NCBI GenBank assembly: GCA_963702005.1
Contig: OY969696.1
Coordinates: 4,245,362 to 4,309,361 of the forward strand
Length of the DNA: 64,000 bases
From: Candidatus Aminicenantes bacterium
GTDB taxonomy: Bacteria; Acidobacteriota; Aminicenantia; Aminicenantales; JAFGBC01
Direction: 5' to 3'
In this document: piece by piece, positions 40,547 to 50,767 of the stretch
Position numbering within the stretch: position 1 is the first letter of the stretch
Layout: every line of letters begins with the position of its first letter
The notes under the pieces: model-generated
Databases searched by the model: none
What the model was told of the DNA's origin: nothing
What the model saw: the letters and a program-made list of their open reading frames with translations, nothing else
Program-made: the position numbers and the translations under genes

Positions 40547-40816
40547 TCAGTCGGTGGTTGTCTTGGGTGTGGTTGTCTTTGGTTTGGATGACCGATCCAA
40601 AAGAGATTGGACGGTCCGTGACGGCTGGACGCCTTTCTCCAGCCAGCGCTTGGCGCGCTCCGCGTCGATCTTGATATCAGGAGGTTCCTTGAGGGGATCA
40701 TAGGAACCGATGACGTCGATGGTCTCGCTCTGGCAGGACCGCCGGGAGTCCATCACGACGATCCTGTAGGAGGGCCGTTTCTTCGCTCCATACCTCGTCA
40801 GGCGCATTGATATCAT
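40547..40816 (-). CDS. rpsP: 30S ribosomal protein S16
   Basis: RL.R.GAKKRP.YRIVV.DSR, G.YDP, WL.KG.QPS.TV. Start at ATG 40816. Confidence 0.95.
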   Translation of the reverse strand: MISMRLTRYGAKKRPSYRIVVMDSRRSCQSETIDVIGSYDPLKEPPDIKIDAERAKRWLEKGVQPSRTVQSLLDRSSKPKTTTPKTTTD

Positions 40817-40847
40817 GTTTTTACCATCTCTAATAGAGTGAATTTTG

Positions 40848-40876
40848 ATAATAGCCCAAATCGGGCTGGAAGTCAA
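40848..40876 (-). promoter_or_regulatory. sigma70 promoter of the rpsP operon
   Basis: TTGACT-N17-TATTAT on the minus strand. Confidence 0.65.
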
Positions 40877-40965
40877 CCGCCCTTTGGAGTTCTCCAAAAG
40901 GGCGTACTCACAAGCCGTTACCGGCTCATGAGTACGGGCAATAGCCCACCCTTATTTTACCATAA

Positions 40966-42288
40966 TCAGGGCAGCTTCGACAGCATTTTCGTGAACCCGG
41001 GCTTCTTCATCATCCGCCCCATCTCGAAGAATTGCTTGAGAAGCTGGTTGACGTCGGAAACGGGGCGGCCGCTTCCCCGGGCGATCCGGAGCCGGCGCCG
41101 GCCGTCGATCGTCCGGGGATCGGCCCGTTCCCGGGCCGTCATCGAGTTGATGATGGCCTCGAAATGGACGATCTTTTTGTCGTCCAGGGCCAGCTTGGAG
41201 GCATCTTTGAACGGCCCCGCCTTGGGGAGCTGCCCGAGGATCTGGGACATGGGACCCATTTTTCGGACCTGAACGAGCTGTTTGCGGAAGTCGGCCAGGG
41301 TGAATTCCTGACGCCGGAGTTTCCGGGCCATCTCCTCGGCCTCTTGGAAGTCGGCGGACTCCTCGGCCTTCTCGATCAGGCTCAGGATGTCGCCCATGCC
41401 CAGGATGCGGGAGGCCATCCGGTCCGGATGGAAGATCTCGAGCTTGTCGTATTTTTCTCCGACCCCGATGAATTTGATGGGCCGGCCCGTCACGGACACG
41501 ATGGACAGGGCCGCGCCGCCCCGGGCGTCCCCGTCGAGCTTGGTCAGGACGATCGAAGTCAGCCCGATCCGCTCCTCGAAGGCCCGGGCGCTCTTGACGG
41601 CGTCCTGGCCGGTCATGGCGTCGCCGACATAGATCGTCTCGACCGGCTTGAGGGCGTCCTTGACCATCCGGAGCTCCGTCATGAGCTCGTCGTCGATATG
41701 GAGACGGCCCGCCGTGTCTACGATAAGGGGGTCGAAACCCCGGTTCCGGGTGTGGGACACGAGTTCTTTCAGGGCGGCCGGAGGGTCGGCCATCCGGTCG
41801 GCCGTCATCCCGTAGAAGGGGACGTCGAGGGAGGCGGCGATCATAGCCAGCTGGTCCTGGGCGGCCGGCCGCTTGAGGTCGAACGAAACGACCAGAGGGT
41901 TCTTGGCCAGGCCCTTGACCCAGCGAGCGAGCTTGCCGCAGGTCGTCGTCTTGCCGCTCCCTTGGAGCCCGACCAGCATCAGGATCGAGGGCGGCGCCGG
42001 AGCGAAGGCGATCGGCTTGTCGGAGCCGCCCAGGACGGCGACGAGCTCGTCCCGGACGATCTTGATGACTTGCTGGGCGGGCGTCAGGCTGTCAAGGACG
42101 GCCCTGTCCAAGGCCTTGATCCGGATCCGTTCGACGAAGTCCTTGACGACCTTGTAGTTGACGTCGGCTTCGAGGAGGGCCAGCCGGATCATGCGGAGGG
42201 CCTCGGCCATGTTCTTTTCGGTGACCTTGGCCTCGCCCCGCAAAAATCTAAGGACCGCTTGGAGCCGGTCCGAAAGCTGGTCGAGCAT
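40966..42288 (-). CDS. ffh: Signal recognition particle protein
   Basis: GLQGSGKTT, DTAGR, TKLDGDARGGAALS, M-domain. Start at MLDQL. Confidence 0.97.
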   Translation of the reverse strand: MLDQLSDRLQAVLRFLRGEAKVTEKNMAEALRMIRLALLEADVNYKVVKDFVERIRIKALDRAVLDSLTPAQQVIKIVRDELVAVLGGSDKPIAFAPAPPSILMLVGLQGSGKTTTCGKLARWVKGLAKNPLVVSFDLKRPAAQDQLAMIAASLDVPFYGMTADRMADPPAALKELVSHTRNRGFDPLIVDTAGRLHIDDELMTELRMVKDALKPVETIYVGDAMTGQDAVKSARAFEERIGLTSIVLTKLDGDARGGAALSIVSVTGRPIKFIGVGEKYDKLEIFHPDRMASRILGMGDILSLIEKAEESADFQEAEEMARKLRRQEFTLADFRKQLVQVRKMGPMSQILGQLPKAGPFKDASKLALDDKKIVHFEAIINSMTARERADPRTIDGRRRLRIARGSGRPVSDVNQLLKQFFEMGRMMKKPGFTKMLSKLP

Positions 42289-42297
42289 GGCTTTCCC

Positions 42298-42326
42298 ATC
42301 ATAGGCCAAGCCGCGGGAGCGGTCAA
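42298..42326 (-). promoter_or_regulatory. sigma70 promoter of ffh
   Basis: TTGACC-N17-TATGAT, ending 9 nt before the ATG. Confidence 0.65.
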
Positions 42327-42330
42327 ATCA

Positions 42331-42433
42331 TCGACTCCCCGGCCTGAAGGCCGGGGCTTGTTCATGATTAACCCTGAGCCTCGCTCTCATCCCCGCCTTG
42401 AAAGGCGGGGCTTGGCGTCGGCGAACGGGTCAA
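42331..42433. mobile_element. Twin-hairpin mini-element resembling IS200/IS605-family ends
   Basis: CCCCGGCC-TGAA-GGCCGGGG-CTTG (42337-42360) and CCCCGCCT-TGAA-AGGCGGGG-CTTG (42391-42414). Confidence 0.55.
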
Positions 42434-42454
42434 CTTTGAGGGGAGGGCGTTCGC

Positions 42455-42483
42455 TTGACAATCCCCCCGATTTCCATTATAAA
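42455..42483 (+). promoter_or_regulatory. sigma70 promoter of the C1A peptidase gene
   Basis: TTGACA-N17-TATAAA. Confidence 0.65.
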
Positions 42484-42600
42484 AGAGTCAGATTGATGTT
42501 AATGTGTTTCATTCGGACGGCGGGGCTTATTTTTAACTGAGAAATCGAAGGCTCTTCGTTGGGCCATGGATAAACGTTTATTTTTAGGAGGAGAGAAGGA

Positions 42601-44064
42601 ATGAGCAAAATGAAGAAAGGTTTCGTTCGCTACGGAGCTTTGGGAATCGGCCTGCTCATCATGGCGGCCGCGGCCCTGATCGTCTTTTCCCCGAGCAGCT
42701 TCGGCAGCTCGGCCGTGAAATTGACAAGGGCTCCCTACAATCCGGATTTCGTCAAATTTCTGGCCGACCGCGCGGCCGGGAAGAGCTGGGTGATGGTCAC
42801 CAAGGACGGCCATTTCCTGGGCGAAATTCCCAGCCCCCACGACACGTCGCACCTTATACCGCTGCCCGATCCCGTCCCGCCCGACAGCCTGCCCGCGACC
42901 TATGACCTGAGAACCAAGAACAAGGTGACCTCCGTCAAGGATCAGGGCAGCTGCGGATCCTGCTGGTCGTTCGGGACCTACGGATCGCTCGAGTCCTTCC
43001 TGAAGCCGGGCGCGACCTGGGACTTCTCCGAGGAAGACCTCATCGAAAAGTCCGGGTTTGACTACGGCCCGTGCGACGGCGGTCATATGTGGATGTCGGC
43101 CGCCTACCTGGTCCGCTGGGCGGGCCCCTTGAAGGAAACCCAGCACCCCTACGAGTACATGAGCCCGGACGGCGCGGCGCCCAGCAAGCACGTCCAGGAC
43201 ATCGTCATGATGGATGAGCGGAAGAGCGCCACCGACAACACCAAGATCAAGAACGCGATCATGAACAACGGGGGCGTCTATGTCTCCTTCTGGTGGTCCG
43301 AATCGGCCTACAGCTCGGCCAACTTCTCCTACTACTACGGCAGCTCGACGCAGTCGAACGGCGGCGGCCACGCCGTGACCATCGTCGGCTGGGACGACAG
43401 CTTCTCCAAGTCGAAGTTCTCGCACACCCCCGGCGGGAACGGCGCCTTCATCGTCAAGAACTCCTGGGGGGCGAGTTGGGGCAAGAGCGGCTACTTCTAC
43501 GTCTCCTATTACGACAAGTTCTTCGGGAAGCGGGGCGGGACGGCCGTTTTCAAGGGCGAGCCGACCACGAACTACAAGACAAACTACGGCTACGACCCGC
43601 TGGGCTGGGTCGGCAGCTTCGGCGGCAGCTCCGAGACCGCATGGTTCTCCAACATCTTCACGGCCAGCACCGGCGGCTCCCTCAAGTCCGTCGGGTTCTA
43701 CACTGGGGCCAACAGCAACCCTTACGAGATCTATATCTACACGAACGTCCAAGCCAACAAGCCGAGGAGCGGAACCCTGGCCAAGACCAAGAAAGGGACC
43801 ATCACCGGCTGGGGATATTATACGATCCCGCTCGGGGTGAATATCCCCATCGCCAGCGGCAAGAAGTTCTCGATCGTCGTCAAGCTCAAAACGACGGGCT
43901 ACAAGTACCCCATCCCGTGCGAGTATAAAGCAACCGGATATTCGAGCGCCGCTAAGGCCTCTGCCGGCCAGAGCTTCTATTCCAGCGACGGGAACACTTG
44001 GAAAGACATAACGACAGTCGATAAAACCATCAACGTCTGCCTCCGGGGGTACACGAAGTACTGA
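42601..44064 (+). CDS. Secreted papain-family (C1A) cysteine peptidase with C-terminal lectin-like domain
   Basis: YDLR, KDQGSCGSCWSF, GHAVTIVGWDD, KNSWG..WG..GYFY; signal peptide. Confidence 0.93.
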   Translation: MSKMKKGFVRYGALGIGLLIMAAAALIVFSPSSFGSSAVKLTRAPYNPDFVKFLADRAAGKSWVMVTKDGHFLGEIPSPHDTSHLIPLPDPVPPDSLPATYDLRTKNKVTSVKDQGSCGSCWSFGTYGSLESFLKPGATWDFSEEDLIEKSGFDYGPCDGGHMWMSAAYLVRWAGPLKETQHPYEYMSPDGAAPSKHVQDIVMMDERKSATDNTKIKNAIMNNGGVYVSFWWSESAYSSANFSYYYGSSTQSNGGGHAVTIVGWDDSFSKSKFSHTPGGNGAFIVKNSWGASWGKSGYFYVSYYDKFFGKRGGTAVFKGEPTTNYKTNYGYDPLGWVGSFGGSSETAWFSNIFTASTGGSLKSVGFYTGANSNPYEIYIYTNVQANKPRSGTLAKTKKGTITGWGYYTIPLGVNIPIASGKKFSIVVKLKTTGYKYPIPCEYKATGYSSAAKASAGQSFYSSDGNTWKDITTVDKTINVCLRGYTKY

Positions 44065-44088
44065 ACCCTCAGCCGAAAGCGCGATTCA

Positions 44089-44130
44089 AGCAGGCCCCGT
44101 TCCCTCCGGGATCGGGGCCTGTTCTTTTTT
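44089..44130 (+). terminator. Intrinsic terminator
   Basis: CAGGCCCCG...CGGGGCCTG stem followed by TTCTTTTTT. Confidence 0.8.
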
Positions 44131-44173
44131 AGCCGGATAAGAGTAAAATAGCGGACGGGGAGAGCGCGCTCTC

Positions 44174-45355
44174 ATGAAGACGGACGCCATAAAGCGGCCC
44201 GGCGGGTCCAAAACCGCCCTTTTTCTGCTCCTGGCGGCTTCACTAGGCCTAGGCTTATCAGCCGAGAGGCAGGTCCGGAGAACCGCCCCGCCCGCAATTC
44301 CGGTTCCGCCCGCCCAAAGCACGACCGGACCCGTCCCGCCGCGCGGCATCAACGTCGCCGGACACCGTTTCACTAGGTTCGCGACACGGGACGCGAACGT
44401 CATCCCCGGCGTCCCCGCTTATCGTTGGCGGCACGGCTGCGGCCCGACCGCCGTCGCGATGGTCCTGGCCTATTACGACACGCACGGCTTCCCGGCCCTC
44501 CTCCCGGGCGACGGCTCGTTCCAATCCGACGCCGTCAACCTGGCCATCGCCTCGACCGGGCACTACACCGATTATTCCCTCCCGCTCGATTACGCCCCGA
44601 ACCTCCTCAAGGACAAGTCCGAGCCTCCGGCCGGGGACGAGCATGCCGGCGATTCCCTGGCCGACTTCATGAAGACGTCCTGGAGCGCGGTCGAGAATTA
44701 TTACGGCTGGAGCTGGAGCATCGACGTCAAGCCCGGCTTCGAGAACTACGTCAAGCTCGCGAGCTCCTACGGCGGCCTGGCCACTTGTTATTATTACGGC
44801 AACATCGAGTTCCAGACCATCCGGAACGAGGTCGAAAGCCGCCGGCCCCTCGTCTTCCTGGTCGACACGGACGGCGACGGTTCGACCGACCATTTCGTCA
44901 CGGTCGTCGGCGTCCTGACCGAGGACGGGACGGATTACTACGGCTGCTACAACACCTGGGACATGTCTCTGCATTGGTTCCCCTACAGGCAGATGGCCGC
45001 GGGAAAGACCTGGGGCGTCCACAGCGCCTATGTGTTCTTCGTGTCCTACGGCATGTTCCCGCCCCTCGAGTTCAAGGTTGAGCGCCTCGAAAACGACTTC
45101 ATCTTCTTCAAGGAATACATCAACCGCCTGAGCTGGGCGCCCAACCCGGCCAACATGGCCGCGATCGTCCGCTACCGGATCTACCGCAAGCTCAAGGGAG
45201 CGGCCAACTCGACCTATCAGATCCTCGTCGAGGTCGCCTCCAGCGCCGCCGGCTACGACGACCGCGGCCTCAAGGTCAGCGACCTCTTCACTTACCGGAT
45301 CACCTCCCTCGACGCCGCCGGCCGGGAGAGCAGTCCTTCAGCGGCCGGGAACTGA
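44174..45355 (+). CDS. Secreted papain-fold (C39/C10-like) peptidase with C-terminal Fn3-like domain
   Basis: GCGPTAVAMVLAYY, DHFVTVVG, YNTWD; LSW..Y.IYR...Y.ITS.D..G.ES. Confidence 0.7.
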   Translation: MKTDAIKRPGGSKTALFLLLAASLGLGLSAERQVRRTAPPAIPVPPAQSTTGPVPPRGINVAGHRFTRFATRDANVIPGVPAYRWRHGCGPTAVAMVLAYYDTHGFPALLPGDGSFQSDAVNLAIASTGHYTDYSLPLDYAPNLLKDKSEPPAGDEHAGDSLADFMKTSWSAVENYYGWSWSIDVKPGFENYVKLASSYGGLATCYYYGNIEFQTIRNEVESRRPLVFLVDTDGDGSTDHFVTVVGVLTEDGTDYYGCYNTWDMSLHWFPYRQMAAGKTWGVHSAYVFFVSYGMFPPLEFKVERLENDFIFFKEYINRLSWAPNPANMAAIVRYRIYRKLKGAANSTYQILVEVASSAAGYDDRGLKVSDLFTYRITSLDAAGRESSPSAAGN

Positions 45356-45533
45356 CGCCTTAAACGCATCCCGATCCGGAGTTCAGAACGGACGGGTGGA
45401 GGCGGCTCGGCCGGGGGGAATAGTGTTTGACTTTTAGAATCCGATGGGGTAAAGGTATGAAGACCTTCCCTTCGAATAATCAATGAACCAGAACGATAAA
45501 AGAACGAAATTATCCCCGTCGAGGGAGGACCTC

Positions 45534-46010
<477 letters not shown>

Positions 46011-46018
46011 CACTACCC

Positions 46019-47377
46019 ATGTTCTCCAAGATCCTGATCGCCAACCGCGGAGAGATCGCCCTCCGCATCATCCGCTCGGCCAAAGAGCTGGGCCTCAAGA
46101 CGGTCGCCGTCTTTTCCGAGAGCGACCGGACCTCCCTCCACGTCATGCTGGCCGACGAAAAGATATGTATCGGCCCCGCCAAGGCCTCCGACAGCTACCT
46201 GAACATCCCGAACCTGCTGAGCGCGGCCGAGCTGACCAAAGCGGACGCCATCCACCCCGGCTACGGATTCCTGGCCGAGAACGCCCGCTTCGCCGAGATC
46301 TGCGAGGGCGCGGGCATCGCCTTCATCGGCCCTCCCCCCCGCATCATCCGGCTCATGGGCGACAAGAACCAGGCCCGCCAGACGATGAAGAAGGCCGGGC
46401 TCCCGATCATCCCCGGGAGCGACGCGACGATCGACGAACTGGGCGAGGCCAAGAAGATCGCCCAGAAAATCGGGTTCCCGGTCATCGTCAAGGCGGCCGC
46501 CGGCGGCGGCGGCAAGGGGATGAGGATCGCCCGGACGGCGGCCCAGCTCGAAGAGCAGTTTCCGATCGCCCAGAACGAGGCCAAATCCGCCTTCGGCGAC
46601 TCCTCCCTCTACATCGAGAAATACCTGCCCAGCGCCCGCCACATCGAGATCCAGGTCATCGGCGACAAGAAGGGAAACGTCCTGGCCCTGAGCGAGCGCG
46701 AATGCTCGGTCCAGCGCAAATACCAGAAGGTCATCGAGGAGACGCCCTCCCCCTTCGTCGACGAACGCCTCCGCAAGAAGATGATCCACGACGTCGAGGA
46801 CGCGGCCAAGGAGATCGGCTACGAGAGCCTGGGGACCTTCGAGTTTCTGGTCGATGAAAAGAAGCGCTTCTACTTCATGGAGGCCAACACCCGGGTCCAG
46901 GTCGAGCACCCGATCACCGAGATGGTCTACGGGATCAACCTCATCAAGGCCCAGATCAAGATGGCGGCCGGCGAGAAGCTGGCCTTCCCCTACGAGCTCG
47001 AGATGCGCGGCCATGCCATCGAGTGCCGGATCAACGCCGAGGACCCGACGACCTTCATCCCTTCGCCCGGCCGGATCGACTTCCTGGTCCTCCCCGGCGG
47101 CGAAGGAATTCGGGTCGACTCCGCCGCCTACGGGGGCTGGCAGATTCCGCCCGATTACGATTCGCTGGTCGCCAAGATCATCGCCTTCGCCCCGACCCGA
47201 TTGACGGCCATCAAAAAAATGCAGACGGCCCTCGAGATGACGACGATCGTCGGGATCAAAACCAACATCCCCCTCCACCTGGCCATCCTGTCCAACGCGG
47301 ACTTCAGCCGGGGCGATTACGACACCCAGTTCCTGGAAAAGTTATTGGCCGGCAAGCCCCGGCCCGAACCGACCTGA
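46019..47377 (+). CDS. accC: Biotin carboxylase
   Basis: KILIANRGEIA, HPGYGFLAEN, GGGGKGM, RVQVEHP, YDSLVAK. Confidence 0.97.
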   Translation: MFSKILIANRGEIALRIIRSAKELGLKTVAVFSESDRTSLHVMLADEKICIGPAKASDSYLNIPNLLSAAELTKADAIHPGYGFLAENARFAEICEGAGIAFIGPPPRIIRLMGDKNQARQTMKKAGLPIIPGSDATIDELGEAKKIAQKIGFPVIVKAAAGGGGKGMRIARTAAQLEEQFPIAQNEAKSAFGDSSLYIEKYLPSARHIEIQVIGDKKGNVLALSERECSVQRKYQKVIEETPSPFVDERLRKKMIHDVEDAAKEIGYESLGTFEFLVDEKKRFYFMEANTRVQVEHPITEMVYGINLIKAQIKMAAGEKLAFPYELEMRGHAIECRINAEDPTTFIPSPGRIDFLVLPGGEGIRVDSAAYGGWQIPPDYDSLVAKIIAFAPTRLTAIKKMQTALEMTTIVGIKTNIPLHLAILSNADFSRGDYDTQFLEKLLAGKPRPEPT

Positions 47378-47380
47378 GCC

Positions 47381-47920
47381 TCAGCCCGCCTTCCGCCAGA
47401 TTTCGGCCGTGAACTCGCCCGTGTCGTCGCCGACGACGTTCTCGTTGAGGCCGAGATAGAGCCGCCCGGCGAGCGGTATCCGGATCGTCCCTTCCGTCCC
47501 GATGAAGACGAGCTTGACGATTTCGTTGCGCGTCTCCTCGCCCGTCTCCTCGTCCTTGGTGATCGAGACGAGTTGGGCGATCCGGGCGATGAAGGCGCCC
47601 AGGTTTCTGTCCTGGAGCGGCTGCTGGACGGTCTTGACGTTCAGGCCCTCGGGACCGCAGAAGGCCATCGGGTTGCCTTTCTGGAGCGAGACGTTTCCCG
47701 AAACCCTGACATGGAATTCCTCGCCCTCGGCGACCTCCAGGCCGGTATCGGTCCAAGGGATATGGGCGGGGACCGTGAAACGGGCCACGAACTCGAACCC
47801 GGCCGGCCCGGCCGCCTCCTGGCCGGCCGGCTCGGGCCGCGCGGCCAGGGTCAACGCCGCCGCCGCCAGAGTCGCCGCGAGCGCCCCGCGCCCGATGCCC
47901 GATTCCCGTATTGAAGTCAT
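47381..47920 (-). CDS. Secreted hypothetical protein, LecA/PA-IL-like beta domain
   Basis: Signal peptide; 'V.A..PWTDTGLEV..G....V.G', 'G.LYLG.N..D..G.F'. Confidence 0.6.
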   Translation of the reverse strand: MTSIRESGIGRGALAATLAAAALTLAARPEPAGQEAAGPAGFEFVARFTVPAHIPWTDTGLEVAEGEEFHVRVSGNVSLQKGNPMAFCGPEGLNVKTVQQPLQDRNLGAFIARIAQLVSITKDEETGEETRNEIVKLVFIGTEGTIRIPLAGRLYLGLNENVVGDDTGEFTAEIWRKAG

Positions 47921-48714
47921 GTCCGGCCGCCCTCTCCGAGGCGAATGATCTCCAGCATACCGTCATGGATGAGGCCGTTCGTGGCGACGACGTCGGAATG
48001 GAAGCTCGGAACCGCGCCGCCCCTAAAATCGCTGACCCGGCCGCCCGCCTCGCGGACGATGAGGGCGCCGGCCGCGACGTCCCAGGGCTTGAGCTTGAGC
48101 TCCCAGAAGCCGTCGAAGCGGCCGCAGGCGACGTAGCCGAGGTCCAGGGCGGCCGACCCGCAGCGGCGGACGGCCTGAACGCGCAGGATGAAGTTGTTGA
48201 AATGGCAGACATTATTGACGGAACTCTCCCGGAGGTCGTAGGGGAAGCCCGTCGCGATCAGGCTCCGGTCGAGCTCGGCGATCGAGGAGACGCGAATCCG
48301 CGTCCCGTTGAGGAAAGCTCCCTGGCCGCGGACGGCCCAGAACATCTCCTCCCGCATCGGATCATAGACGACGGCGACGAGCCCCTCCCCCTCCCGTTCC
48401 AGGGCGATCGAGACGCTGAAGATCGGGAAGCGATGGGCGAAGTTCGTCGTCCCGTCCAGAGGGTCGACGATCCAGCGGTAGGGGGAACCGGTATCTCGGG
48501 ACAGCCCCTCCTCGGCCAGAATCCCGTGGTCCGGGAAGGCCGCCCGCAGCCGGGCGTCGATCATCTGCTGGGCCCGGCCGTCAAACTGGGTCACCAGGTC
48601 GACCTTGCCCTTGAAGGAGATCCGGACTTCTTCGGCCATGGCCGCCCGGAGCATCCGGCCCGTCTCGAGGGCCGCCGCCCGGGCCTCCTCCAGGAACCGC
48701 TTCGATTCGGCCAT
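47917..48714 (-). CDS. suhB: Inositol monophosphatase family protein
   Basis: AEE, WIVDPLDGTTNF, GSAALD, WDVAAG. Confidence 0.92.
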   Translation of the reverse strand: MAESKRFLEEARAAALETGRMLRAAMAEEVRISFKGKVDLVTQFDGRAQQMIDARLRAAFPDHGILAEEGLSRDTGSPYRWIVDPLDGTTNFAHRFPIFSVSIALEREGEGLVAVVYDPMREEMFWAVRGQGAFLNGTRIRVSSIAELDRSLIATGFPYDLRESSVNNVCHFNNFILRVQAVRRCGSAALDLGYVACGRFDGFWELKLKPWDVAAGALIVREAGGRVSDFRGGAVPSFHSDVVATNGLIHDGMLEIIRLGEGGRT

Positions 48715-48794
48715 GGCGCTTGTTGAGTCTCCCAAAACTTTTTGCGTTTGAGACCGTAGTATACTATGATATTTCACCCTGAAAGGCAAGAATC

Positions 48795-50060
48795 ATGGCC
48801 AACGAAAAGAGCTTTTTCCAGAGACGCAAGAAGATCCTGATCATCCTCGGCGCCGCCCTCATCCTCGCCTTGATCGTCATTTTGAACCTCAGCTCCCAGC
48901 GGGAAAAGACAGTCAAGGTCACGATCGAGAAGGTCGAGAAGCACGACCTGGCCTCGGTCATCTCGGCTACCGGCGAGGTCAAGCCCAAGAAGAACATCGA
49001 GATCAGCGCCCAGGTCCCGGGCCGAATCATCAAGATCGGCGTCAAGGAAGGCGATGAAGTCAGGGCCGGGGATTTCCTGCTCGGCCTGGACTCGACCCAA
49101 TACGAAGCCAACACCGAGCGCGACCGGGCCTTCATCCAGTCGACCAAAGCCGAACTCATCCAAGCCGAGGCCCGGATGAAGAGGGACGCCAATTTCTTGA
49201 ATTCCCAGAAAAAGCTCTTCGATGAGGGCCTCATCTCCCAGGACCAGATGGAGAACGCCAAGGTCCAGGCCGAGACCTCCTCGGCCCAATTCAAGTCCAC
49301 CCAGTTCCAGATCCAGCAGGCCGAGGCTTCGCTCAAGAGCACGATGGACAGCCTGAGCAAGACCGTCTACACCTCGCCCATCGACGGGATCATCACCAGC
49401 CTCAGAGTCGAGGAAGGCGAAATCGCCTTGATCGGGACCATGAACAATCCGGGCACGGTCCTGATGACGATCGCGGACCTTTCGGTCATGGAGGTCGAAG
49501 TCGAAGTCGATGAGACCGACGTCGTCGGGCTCGAACTCGGCCAATCGGCCGCAGTCAAGGTCGACGCCTTTCCCGAAATCGTCTTTCCGGGCCGGGTCAC
49601 CGAAATCGGGAGCTCGGCCCTCCAGAAGCTGAGCTCGGCCACGTCTTCGACCCAGGAGGCCAAGGACTTCAAGGTCACCATCACCCTCGAGAATCCGCCC
49701 CGCAAGCTCAAGCCCGGCCTGTCCGCCTCGGCCGACATCACGACCGCCGAGAAAAAGGGCGTCCTGGCCATTCCGATCGCCGCCCTCGTCCTCCGCGAGA
49801 AAGAGGGCGCCGCCGCGGCCGCCGCCGCAGCCGCCAAGACCAAGTCCGAGGAGGAGGGCGTCTACCTGGTCGAAGCCGGCCGGGCCAAGTTCGCACTGGT
49901 CCAGAAAGGTATCACCGGCGAGATGCTGGTCGAGATCGGCTCGGGCCTCAAGGAAGGCCAGGAAATCGTGAGCGGCCCCTACAGCGCCCTCCGCCTCATC
50001 AAGGACGGGACCCTGGTCAAGGCCGAGGAGAAAAAGGCCCCGAAAGCGGAGACAAAATGA
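48795..50060 (+). CDS. Efflux membrane-fusion (periplasmic adaptor) protein
   Basis: N-terminal TM, V.EGD.V..G, SPIDG, VDETD, LKPG.SA. Confidence 0.92.
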   Translation: MANEKSFFQRRKKILIILGAALILALIVILNLSSQREKTVKVTIEKVEKHDLASVISATGEVKPKKNIEISAQVPGRIIKIGVKEGDEVRAGDFLLGLDSTQYEANTERDRAFIQSTKAELIQAEARMKRDANFLNSQKKLFDEGLISQDQMENAKVQAETSSAQFKSTQFQIQQAEASLKSTMDSLSKTVYTSPIDGIITSLRVEEGEIALIGTMNNPGTVLMTIADLSVMEVEVEVDETDVVGLELGQSAAVKVDAFPEIVFPGRVTEIGSSALQKLSSATSSTQEAKDFKVTITLENPPRKLKPGLSASADITTAEKKGVLAIPIAALVLREKEGAAAAAAAAAKTKSEEEGVYLVEAGRAKFALVQKGITGEMLVEIGSGLKEGQEIVSGPYSALRLIKDGTLVKAEEKKAPKAETK

Positions 50061-50767
50061 GCGCCGGAAACGACGTCCTGATCCAGACCAAGGATCTCAC
50101 CAAAACCTACGATATGGGCGCGCATCAGGAAGTCCACGCCCTGTGCGATGTGAACCTGACCATCCACCGCAACGAGTACGTCGCCATCATGGGGCCGTCC
50201 GGGTCCGGCAAATCGACCTTGATGAACCTGCTCGGCTGCCTCGATACGCCGACCTCGGGCGAATACACCCTGGCCGGCCGCGCCGTCTCCACGCTGACCG
50301 AGAACGAGCTGGCCGACATCCGGAACCACGAGATCGGGTTCGTCTTCCAGGTCTTCAACCTCCTCCCCCGGGCGACCGCCTTCCATAACGTCGAGCTCCC
50401 CCTCATCTACAAGGGGACCAAGAAAAAAGAGCGCGAGGAGCAGACCCGCCGGGCCATGGAGATGGTCGAGATGGCAGACCGGATGCACCACCGCCCCAAC
50501 GAGCTTTCGGGCGGCGAGCGCCAGCGGGTCGCCATCGCCCGCGCCCTCGTCAATGAACCGTCCCTCCTCCTGGCCGACGAGCCGACCGGCAACCTCGACT
50601 CGAAGACGGGCCAGGAGATCCTCAAACTTTTCCGCAAACTCCGCGAACAGGGAAACACGATCATCCTGGTCACCCATGACAAGGACATCGCCCTCCAGAC
50701 GGAGCGGATAATCTCCATCCGGGACGGCCGGATCGAGAAAGACGAACGGAAAGGAGCCGCGAAATGA
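50057..50767 (+). CDS. ABC ATPase (MacB/LolD family)
   Basis: [37 protein letters not shown]. Confidence 0.95.
   Translation: MSAGNDVLIQTKDLTKTYDMGAHQEVHALCDVNLTIHRNEYVAIMGPSGSGKSTLMNLLGCLDTPTSGEYTLAGRAVSTLTENELADIRNHEIGFVFQVFNLLPRATAFHNVELPLIYKGTKKKEREEQTRRAMEMVEMADRMHHRPNELSGGERQRVAIARALVNEPSLLLADEPTGNLDSKTGQEILKLFRKLREQGNTIILVTHDKDIALQTERIISIRDGRIEKDERKGAAK

Noticed and set aside
49805-49835. GCC-rich run encoding poly-Ala
   Set aside because: In-frame low-complexity linker in the membrane-fusion protein; imperfect, so not a contingency repeat.
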